From assembly GCA_963713825.1 (NCBI GenBank), contig CAVQNG010000003.1:1344001-1408000 (forward strand): a stretch of DNA of 64,000 nt, read 5' to 3'. Below, piece after piece: positions 56,599-64,000 of this stretch; position 1 is the stretch's first letter; each line of letters opens with the position of its first letter. The translations under genes were made by a program, and so were the position numbers. The stretch comes from an uncultured Acidobacteriota bacterium. Its GTDB lineage: Bacteria > Acidobacteriota > Thermoanaerobaculia > Multivoradales > JAHEKO01. Under the pieces are notes generated by a model, which was not told the DNA's origin, searched no databases, and saw only the letters and a program-made list of their open reading frames with translations.

Positions 56599-57693
56599 AT
56601 GAGGCGGTTCGACAAGTCCGGTATGTTCATGGTTGCAGCCTGGGCGGCACTCGTCTCCCTGGTTTGCAGCCCGGGACTGATGGCCGAATGGAAGATCGAG
56701 TCGGCCGATGGTGATACCTCCATCAAATTCGGTTTCCTGATGCAGGCGCGAGGTGAGATCCAGGATCAGATCGACGGCGATGGCACGAGCCAGGATCTCT
56801 ATTTCCGCCGTTTGCGAATTCTCTTCGGTGGCAACATTTCCAAGAAGTGGAGCTTCTTCTTCGAGACCGACAGCCCCAATCTCGGCAAGGGCACGCCATC
56901 GGGTGACAAGGTCGCGGCGGATATCTACATTCAGGATTTCTTCGTCACCTACAATCACAGCAACGCGTTCAAGGTGGATGTGGGCGCGATACTCATTCCC
57001 TTGTCGCACAACTCCCAACAGTCGGCGGCGACACTGCTGCCTGCCGACTATGCTGCGTACTCCTTCCTCAACTCCGGCCCAACGGACTCCAGGGTGGGCC
57101 GCGACTATGGATTTCAGCTGCGGGGCTTTCTTGCCAACGACCATTTCGAGTATCGCGCCGGCGTGTATCAGGGCGAGCGGGGTGAGTCATCGGAGTACGA
57201 GTTCCGCTACGTCGGTCGAGTGGTCTTCTACCCGTTCGAGGCCGACAAGGGCTTCTACTATGCCGGTACCACCCTGGGGAAGAAGCAGATCCTGGCCCTC
57301 GGAGCCGGTATCGACCACCAGGAAAGCTATGATGCCTACTCGCTGGACATGTTCTACGACCAGCCCGTCGGAAACGGCAACGGACTCACCCTGCAGCTTG
57401 GCGGCATCCGGTACGACGGAGGAGAGATTTTTCCCGAGCTGTCCATCAGAGATGTGCTCATGGCGGAAGCGGGGTTCTACTGGGATCGCTTCAAGGTCCA
57501 ACCCTTCGTCACGTACTACGCCCTGGACAGAGACGAAGAGGAGTTGGACGATCAAAGTCGTTTCGGCGTCGGGCTCGGCTACTACCTGAAGGGCTCCAAT
57601 CGAAATCTCAAGTTCTCCTATACGGACATCAGGACCGACAATCAGCCCAGTCGTAGCCAGTGGCTTCTGCAGCTCCAGATCTTCATGTTCTGA
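56599..57693 (+). CDS. OprO/OprP-like porin
   Basis: Signal peptide; FRRLR, GRDYG, beta-strand pattern, C-terminal QLQIFMF; GAGGAG RBS. Confidence 0.8.
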   Translation: MRRFDKSGMFMVAAWAALVSLVCSPGLMAEWKIESADGDTSIKFGFLMQARGEIQDQIDGDGTSQDLYFRRLRILFGGNISKKWSFFFETDSPNLGKGTPSGDKVAADIYIQDFFVTYNHSNAFKVDVGAILIPLSHNSQQSAATLLPADYAAYSFLNSGPTDSRVGRDYGFQLRGFLANDHFEYRAGVYQGERGESSEYEFRYVGRVVFYPFEADKGFYYAGTTLGKKQILALGAGIDHQESYDAYSLDMFYDQPVGNGNGLTLQLGGIRYDGGEIFPELSIRDVLMAEAGFYWDRFKVQPFVTYYALDRDEEELDDQSRFGVGLGYYLKGSNRNLKFSYTDIRTDNQPSRSQWLLQLQIFMF

Positions 57694-57817
57694 CCGGAGG
57701 ATCACGTCTGGAGAGTCCGAAGGACAGGTCTCCAGGGACCCGAGAAGGTAAACTAGCCCGCCGGGCGCTGAGCCTCTTCAGCCCCTGGCTGGGCTTGTGC
57801 GCGACCTGGACCCTTTG

Positions 57818-59098
57818 ATGCCGCAGCAACGAATCCGTCTGCCCTGGACAGACTCCGGAGAATCGCCTGCACCTGGTGCCGGCTACTGGTTCTACGCTCT
57901 CCACCTGGCCACGATCTGGGGTCTGGCGCTTTCGAATGCCTTCCAGGGTCTGGCGCTGCTGTGGGTCATGATCCGTTGGAAGAAGGTGCGCCCCTCCTCC
58001 GAAACGTTGTTTGCAACGGGCATGGATCGGCTGCTCAAGCCATTCGCGCTGTACGCGGTGGTCTTCGTGGTGTCGGTGCTGACTTCCTACAAGGTGCCCG
58101 AAAGCGCCGCCCATCTTCGCGGTCTGATCGGACTGACAACCTTGCCCCTGGCCTTCGTGCTGGTACGGGGTGAACGCCAGGTCCGGGTCCTGTTCGACAT
58201 CCTGATCTGGGTCACGTTCGGTCTGGCCATCCTGGGAATCGGTCAGTACCTGCTGACCGACTACGGTAGCCTGGACAACCGAATCCCAGGTGCGTTTTCC
58301 CACTACATGACCTACTCGGGCATCCTGCTGGTCGGCAGTTGCCTCGTGCTGGCCAGGATCGTGTCCGGCACCGAGACCAAGCAGTTGCGGAACTGGCTGA
58401 TCCTGGTGCCAATCCTGATCGCCATGGTTCTCACCCTGACTCGCCACGCGTGGTTGGCGGCCTTCGTGGTCATGACGATTGCCTGGCTGCTCAGGTTCCG
58501 ACGATTGCTTTGGGTCTACATCGCCGGTGTCCTGCTGCTCCTTGTGATCACCGCCAGCGTCGCTCCAGAGCATTGGTCACGCTTTCGATCGATCGCCAGC
58601 CTCGAAGATCCGTCGAACTACGATCGACTTTGCATGGCCTACGCCGGGATCCACATGATCGAGGATACGCCTCTCTTCGGCATCGGCCCAGGCATGGTCG
58701 AGTACTACTATCCGATCTACCGGCACCCCACCTCGACTCGCTCGCACGTCATGCATTTGCACAACACCCTCATGCAATTGGGAGCCGAGCGAGGTCTGTT
58801 GACGGTGATCGCGTACCTCTGGCTGATGATCGCGGCGGCACTCTTGAGCTATCGAGGCCTGAAGAGAGATGGGGGCCTCACAGGCCCCCGAGCGGATCTT
58901 TATCTAGGGACTCTGCTGACCCTGATCGCCTTCAACTTCGCAGGCATATTCGAGGCCAACTGGCGGGACACCGAGGTTCAACGGTGGATGCTCTTCCTAC
59001 TCGCCGTGCCTTGCTGCCTGCCGATTCTCGGTAGCGGCGAGCGTGCCGAGGTACTCGAAGACCCCACCGACCCGGTCAGCGATCCCTCTGAAGCCTGA
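57818..59098 (+). CDS. O-antigen ligase (Wzy_C) family protein
   Basis: RIPG.FSH, TLTR.AW, PLFGIGPG, HLHN...Q..AERG. Confidence 0.88.
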   Translation: MPQQRIRLPWTDSGESPAPGAGYWFYALHLATIWGLALSNAFQGLALLWVMIRWKKVRPSSETLFATGMDRLLKPFALYAVVFVVSVLTSYKVPESAAHLRGLIGLTTLPLAFVLVRGERQVRVLFDILIWVTFGLAILGIGQYLLTDYGSLDNRIPGAFSHYMTYSGILLVGSCLVLARIVSGTETKQLRNWLILVPILIAMVLTLTRHAWLAAFVVMTIAWLLRFRRLLWVYIAGVLLLLVITASVAPEHWSRFRSIASLEDPSNYDRLCMAYAGIHMIEDTPLFGIGPGMVEYYYPIYRHPTSTRSHVMHLHNTLMQLGAERGLLTVIAYLWLMIAAALLSYRGLKRDGGLTGPRADLYLGTLLTLIAFNFAGIFEANWRDTEVQRWMLFLLAVPCCLPILGSGERAEVLEDPTDPVSDPSEA

Positions 59099-59112
59099 GC
59101 CGGCCCTGGTCC

Positions 59113-60861
59113 TCAGAGCTCGGCGCCACTCTGTTCGAGCCAACGATCAAGAAACAGCAGCATCCAGGTCTGCTCGTTGGTGAAGCGGAATCTGCGCGGG
59201 CGCTGGATGATCTGGCGAGCCGCCAGGCGATCGAGCGCCGATGTCAGAAGATCGGGTTGGTGCCGCACCCAATCGGAGATGGGCAGGTTGAAGCCCCGCT
59301 TGGGTCGATCGAAGATGCCGGGAGGAATCCGATCCTCCATGAGTCGTCTCACGACGAGCTTGCCGCGGTTTCCTTCGACATCGCGGAGCAGCTTGGTATC
59401 CAGCGAAAGAGCGAACTCGACGAGCCGGTGGTCGAGGAGAGGGGGCCGAACCTCGAGGGAATGGGCCATGCTGGCGAGATCCACCTTGGTGAGTAGATCG
59501 CCGGGCAGGTAGGTATGGAGATCCGCCCATTGCATCCTCTTCAGGGGTTCCAGATCCTCCCTCCAGAATTGACGGTAGTGCCACAGGTCGTCGTAGTCGG
59601 CGATCTCGAGTGCGGGCCCGAGAAGAGCGTGGCGCTGCTGAGCGGTGAAGGGGCCCGCGAAGGCTGCGTAGCGGTCCAGGCCGCTGGCGGCGCGTCGCTG
59701 TGCGGACCGAGCTCCCCGTGACAACGGCGGCAAGAGGGTCGCAATCGCCCGGTTGACAACCGTCGAGCGGTCGGTGAACCACTTGCTGTACCACTGGTAC
59801 CCGCAGAAGAGCTCATCTCCGCCTTCGCCGCTGAGAGCCACGATGGCGTGCCGACGAGCCAGGCGCGAGACCAGATAGGAAGCCCAGGCGCCGGAGTCTC
59901 CGAAGGGCTCGTCGTAGACGCCAGGCATGATTTCCAGTGCCTCATCCAGATCGACGGAGGAGGCTACTTCCTCGTGATGCTGCGTTCCGAAGTGATTGGC
60001 GATGAGACGTGCGACGGGGGCCTCGTCCCGACGCTTGATATCCATTGCAAGTGTGACGGTCCTGGGCCTGTTCAGCTGGGCGACGACGGTGGTGGAGTCG
60101 ATGCCTCCGCTCAAGAACACCGCGACCGGAACATCCGAAATTGTGTGCTCGGGGACGATCTCGCTGAGTAGCTCGTCGAGGCGCGGAACGGCTTCGTCGA
60201 AGTCCGTGATGGCGATGTCGGTCGAGGGGCTCCAATACCTCTCGATTCGTAGAGCACCATCCCAGGTCAGTGTGTGACCGGGTGGCAATCTGCGAATGCC
60301 TGCGTAGATCGTCTTGGGCTGCGGGATGTATTTGTAAGTCAGGTAATCGCGCAAGGCGGTCTGGTCGATAGGCGGCTGACCCAGTTCGAGCAGTGCCTTG
60401 ATTTCGGACGCGAAAGCCAAGCCGCCAGGAATCTCTCTGTAGAAGAAGGGTTTGATGCCGAGTCGATCGCGGGCGGCGAACAGGCGCTGCCGCTGGGCAT
60501 CCCAGACTGCGAAGGAGTACATGCCGCGCAGCGGCTCGACGCAACGCCATCCATCCCGGGCGTACAGATGCAGCAGGACCTCGGTGTCTCCGTCGGAGCG
60601 GAACGGACCCTCCAGCTGGCGCCGCAATTCCCCGAAGTTGTAGATCTCGCCGTTGTAGGTGATCGTGAAGTCACCGTAGGTCATCGGCTGGTTCCCAGCC
60701 GTCGAGAGGTCGAGAATCGCCAGCCGTGTGTGGCCCAGGTGCACGCCGGGCGCCCTCCAGACCTCCTGGTGGTCTGGGCCCCTGTGTGTCAGACGCCGGG
60801 TCATCCGCTCGATGACCTCGGGGTCGGGAGTGCTGCCGACGATGCCTACGATGCCGCACAT
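59113..60861 (-). CDS. asnB: Glutamine-hydrolysing asparagine synthase family amidotransferase
   Basis: MCGIVG N-terminal nucleophile (start 60861), HRGPD, NGEIYN, RDRLGIKP, LSGGIDS, SGEGGDELF, SLEVR.P. Confidence 0.92.
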   Translation of the reverse strand: MCGIVGIVGSTPDPEVIERMTRRLTHRGPDHQEVWRAPGVHLGHTRLAILDLSTAGNQPMTYGDFTITYNGEIYNFGELRRQLEGPFRSDGDTEVLLHLYARDGWRCVEPLRGMYSFAVWDAQRQRLFAARDRLGIKPFFYREIPGGLAFASEIKALLELGQPPIDQTALRDYLTYKYIPQPKTIYAGIRRLPPGHTLTWDGALRIERYWSPSTDIAITDFDEAVPRLDELLSEIVPEHTISDVPVAVFLSGGIDSTTVVAQLNRPRTVTLAMDIKRRDEAPVARLIANHFGTQHHEEVASSVDLDEALEIMPGVYDEPFGDSGAWASYLVSRLARRHAIVALSGEGGDELFCGYQWYSKWFTDRSTVVNRAIATLLPPLSRGARSAQRRAASGLDRYAAFAGPFTAQQRHALLGPALEIADYDDLWHYRQFWREDLEPLKRMQWADLHTYLPGDLLTKVDLASMAHSLEVRPPLLDHRLVEFALSLDTKLLRDVEGNRGKLVVRRLMEDRIPPGIFDRPKRGFNLPISDWVRHQPDLLTSALDRLAARQIIQRPRRFRFTNEQTWMLLFLDRWLEQSGAEL

Positions 60862-60944
60862 ATCCGGGTCAGAGATGGTCAGAAATGAAAAATCCCTGTC
60901 GGGTTCATTAAACTGCAAAGTCGAAGCGAAGCCAAGGTCCCGAG

Positions 60945-61712
60945 ATGACCTCCTCCCCAGCAGCGAACGACAGAACCCCGTTCTTCTCGGTAGTTATTCC
61001 TTTCTATAACGAAGAGACGGCCATTCCTGATCTATTGACGGAGGTACTCGAGGTCATGGACGGAATCGGGCGTTCGTATGAATGTCTCTGCGTCGATGAT
61101 GGCAGCAGCGATGGTACCCCAGACAGGATCCGGTCCTTTGAGGACAGTCCGTCGTCGTCGGTTCGGATGATCCAGTTTGCCGAGAATCGGGGGCAGGGTG
61201 CTGCCCTCTACCGCGGGTTGCAGGAGGCAGCTGGCGAAGTTGTCATCACTCTCGACGGTGACGGCCAGAACTACCCGGCTGACATACCGCGGCTGTTCGA
61301 GCTCCTCGAATCGAGCGATCTGGTGTGTGGCATCCGAGCCGAACGCAAGGACTCCTGGCTGCGTCGCTCTATGTCGCGGTTGGCCAATGGGGTGCGCGGC
61401 TGGCTGTTACGGGACGGAGTCAGTGATGCCGGTTGTGCTTTGAAGGTCATGCGTCGCGAGGTCGTCTTCTCCCTGATCCCCTTGAAGACGCTCTATTCCT
61501 TCATCCCAGCGATGGCGGCGGCAGCAGGATTCCGCATCGTCGAGGCGCCGGTTCAACACCGGTCGCGCCACGGCGGGAAGACGAGCTACGGCCTATTGGT
61601 GTTTCTCTGGCGGCCGCTGGTGGACCTGATGGGTCTCGCCTGGTATAGGCGGCGCTGCACCCTGACACCGGACGACTGCCGAAGCGCTGCCGCGAGGGAT
61701 GGCGCGCGGTGA
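60945..61712 (+). CDS. GT2 polyprenyl-phosphate glycosyltransferase (ArnC/DPM1-like)
   Basis: SVVIPFYNEE, VDDGSSD, NRGQ, TLDGDGQN, DAGCALK, G.TSYG. Confidence 0.92.
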   Translation: MTSSPAANDRTPFFSVVIPFYNEETAIPDLLTEVLEVMDGIGRSYECLCVDDGSSDGTPDRIRSFEDSPSSSVRMIQFAENRGQGAALYRGLQEAAGEVVITLDGDGQNYPADIPRLFELLESSDLVCGIRAERKDSWLRRSMSRLANGVRGWLLRDGVSDAGCALKVMRREVVFSLIPLKTLYSFIPAMAAAAGFRIVEAPVQHRSRHGGKTSYGLLVFLWRPLVDLMGLAWYRRRCTLTPDDCRSAAARDGAR

Positions 61713-63358
61713 GCCGCCGTGTTCTCGCGCTGGCCCTGATCGTCGCCGCGCTGTATCTGCTCTTCCTGGGCCGGCATGGACTGCACGAGTCGGACGAGGG
61801 GCGCTACGCAGAGATAGCACGGGAGATGAAGGACTCCGGGGATCTGCTGATTCCCACCCTCAACGGCGTGCCGCATTTCCAGAAGCCGCCGGTGATCTAC
61901 TGGAGCACGGCTGCCAGCCTTGCTGTCCTCGGCGAAAACGAGTTGGCGGCACGCATGGTCTCTCTGCTGGCCGCCCTGGGTGTGTTGGTCCTGACCTACT
62001 GGATTGGAAGGTGGTGGTTCGACCGCACGACCGGGATCGCATCTGTCTGGATCCTGGCCGGCTCCTGGCAGTTCTTCATGCTGGGTCGGTCGCTGACCCC
62101 AGACATGATGATGACCTTCTGGTCGACGGCCGCCATTGCCGGGTTCGTCTGGGCCAGCCGATCGAAGGTCGCAACCAGGGCGCGCTTCCTACCTTACTTC
62201 GTCTGCATGGGGATCGCTTTTGCAACGAAAGGCCCGATGGGGGTGTTGGTGCCCTTATTCACGGGCATCGGATGGCAGTGGGGGAGCCGCAGGAGCGATC
62301 GCACCAGGCCGGATGTCCCTTGGCTTCCGGGGCTGATGTTGACTCTGGTTCTAGCTCTCGGTTGGTTTTTCGCCGCGAGCCTTCGTCACCCGGAACTGGG
62401 GCGGTATTTCTTTGAATTCGAGTTTCTGAATCGATTCCTCTCGAAAACCCATGGCCGTAGTCAACCGATCTGGTACTTCATTCCGGTGCTGTTGATAGGT
62501 TGGCTGCCTTGGACTCCCCTGTTGCCCCTCGCCATCTCTGGTCATCGGGAGAGACACCGATCAGGAGGCAGCCACCGAGCCCTCCACTGGGCTCTTGTTG
62601 GTTGGCTGGTCGTTCCTTTTGCGCTGCTCTCGCTGAGTGGCTCGAAGCTGATGACCTACGTCCTGCCTTTGTTTCCTGGCATTGCACTCTGGCTGGCGAA
62701 TGGTCTGCTGCACCGGGAAAGGGGTCGCACTCTATCGATCTCCGTTGGGGTTCAGGTACTTGTGCTGGTAGCCCTTTCCCTGTCGATTGGAGTGGTGGTG
62801 GTTCAGAACACTCTTCTTCCAGTCACGGTTGAGCTCGATGCCTGGTTCTTGCCGCTGCTGGGTCTGGCTGTCGCTTGTTTGGTCGTCGCTGGCTGGGCTT
62901 TGAGTCGGGGGGTCACCGAATCCCGACTCGCTGGGATGGCGCTGCCTGCTCTTTTGGCCTGGTCTGCTCTGGCCTCACAGCTCGTAAATCTGGGACCTGT
63001 CATGCGCATGCAGGCTTCGATGCGCCCGATTGCTGAGCGCCTGCGAGAGGAGCCTGATTGGGAGACGGCCCAGATCATCGTTGCCCACACTCGGGCCCAT
63101 GGATTGAAGTTCTATCTGGGTCGATTGACGGATGCCACTCTGGACAAATCGGACGTGGTCTTGGAGCCTACCCCCGAGATAGCGGCACGTCTTCATCCGT
63201 CGATCGAAGAGCTCCATATCCGGAACCAAGGCGGGACTTCGACCTTCCTGATAACTCGGGAGAGGGAATTGGAACGGCTGGATGCAGAGGAGTGGACCGT
63301 TCTCTTGCAGGAAGGCGCCTTCGTTTTACTCAGGCGAGAGGCGCATGGCTCACGGTAG
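61709..63358 (+). CDS. ArnT-like glycosyltransferase (GT83/GT39 type)
   Basis: DEGRYAEIAREM, KPP..YW, TKGP, GWLPW, SKL.TY.LP. GTGA overlap with the GT2 gene. Confidence 0.92.
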   Translation: MSRRVLALALIVAALYLLFLGRHGLHESDEGRYAEIAREMKDSGDLLIPTLNGVPHFQKPPVIYWSTAASLAVLGENELAARMVSLLAALGVLVLTYWIGRWWFDRTTGIASVWILAGSWQFFMLGRSLTPDMMMTFWSTAAIAGFVWASRSKVATRARFLPYFVCMGIAFATKGPMGVLVPLFTGIGWQWGSRRSDRTRPDVPWLPGLMLTLVLALGWFFAASLRHPELGRYFFEFEFLNRFLSKTHGRSQPIWYFIPVLLIGWLPWTPLLPLAISGHRERHRSGGSHRALHWALVGWLVVPFALLSLSGSKLMTYVLPLFPGIALWLANGLLHRERGRTLSISVGVQVLVLVALSLSIGVVVVQNTLLPVTVELDAWFLPLLGLAVACLVVAGWALSRGVTESRLAGMALPALLAWSALASQLVNLGPVMRMQASMRPIAERLREEPDWETAQIIVAHTRAHGLKFYLGRLTDATLDKSDVVLEPTPEIAARLHPSIEELHIRNQGGTSTFLITRERELERLDAEEWTVLLQEGAFVLLRREAHGSR

Positions 63359-63408
63359 GCGTGCCAGTGAGCGTTTTCGGCTGGCTCTGGCCTGCGGGCT
63401 GAGGAGGT

Positions 63409-63747
63409 TCAGCAGACGCCGCGAGCGGTAGATGCTCCGAGGGCCAGCTCGTTGTTGTCCGAGTCGGTCTCGACCAGGGTCCAGAGCTGAGGCTCCAGGC
63501 GCTTGAAGCGCAGGACACCGCGGGCTTTGAGGAGGGTGATTCCACCCCGATCGCAGGCCGCGACGAAGTAGATGCCGGAAGTGCGAGGCGTGTCGCGGAC
63601 CGGAAAGGCATCCTCGCCGAGTCGATGCGTCTCGCCACAGGCGCACCTGAACGGGGCATGAGCGTACTCCTCGTACTCATAAGCCGTTCCCGGCTCGTAT
63701 CCTCTCGCGGTCTGGCTGCCGAACTCCCTCGGTGGAACCGATCTCAT
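63409..63747 (-). CDS. Small hypothetical protein with a CxCxxxH motif
   Basis: ATG 63747 with a GGAGG RBS; FRCACGETH...AAC. Confidence 0.55.
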   Translation of the reverse strand: MRSVPPREFGSQTARGYEPGTAYEYEEYAHAPFRCACGETHRLGEDAFPVRDTPRTSGIYFVAACDRGGITLLKARGVLRFKRLEPQLWTLVETDSDNNELALGASTARGVC

Positions 63748-64000
63748 CTCGTGCCTCCCCTGCCGCTCTGTTGAAAGTCTCGCAAGTCTCAACAGACGTT
63801 ACGGGGAAGGGCCAGTGCGCGCAGTGGTCCTGCGCGCCAACATGCTTGCAAGGGGTGCCAGCAGGATCTGTGCCGGAAGTCACAGCTAGCCCAGAAACTT
63901 GGGGTCAGTGGGCGGTTCGAGATGGTCGTGCGATTCGGATTCAATCCGGCTCGAATCCGGGTGGCGCTGGGCTCCACTCGTAGCCGGCCTTGCCCATCTC

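Noticed and set aside
57707-57790. Glycine-riboswitch-like TCTGGAGAG..CCGAAGGA
   Set aside because: Lacks the CTCTCAGG..AAGGAC elements, folds as a simple hairpin (ctggaga/tctccag), and the downstream gene is unrelated to glycine.
63846-63860. Sigma-54-like TGGCAC..TTGCA on the minus strand
   Set aside because: GG-to-GC spacing is 8 nt, not the required 10.
63905-63975. tRNA-like GGTTCGA / TCGAATCC motifs
   Set aside because: No cloverleaf or acceptor stem can be built.

Overview
A GC-rich, gene-dense bacterial chromosome segment. Gene style (kinase starting MIGKTVSHY, VPS10/BNR protein, a protein ending FxxGFESGxTSxW) suggests Acidobacteriota, probably Thermoanaerobaculia-like; this is inference. 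About 54 CDSs are supportable, mostly cell-envelope, transport and hydrolase genes: asnA, an asnB-like gene, a YtrA/ABC operon, a second ABC pair, a TonB-dependent receptor, TrmH, ParA, and four lipid-carrier-type membrane glycosyltransferases. I found no rRNA, tRNA, CRISPR array, transposase or integrase. Most notable: (1) an interspersed mosaic repeat family at four intergenic loci, built from conserved flanks around hairpins whose stem sequences differ but mostly stay paired; two loci carry an ~85%-identical, ~180-nt branched structured core; (2) a ~10-kb block bounded by these repeats, encoding three Thr-nucleophile sulfatase-like lipoproteins, two Cys-loop sulfurtransferase-like lipoproteins and an archaeal-type STT3/AglB with a rewritten WWDYG motif. 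Family calls come from motif recognition by eye, not database searches. Several start codons were re-picked from the ORF track.
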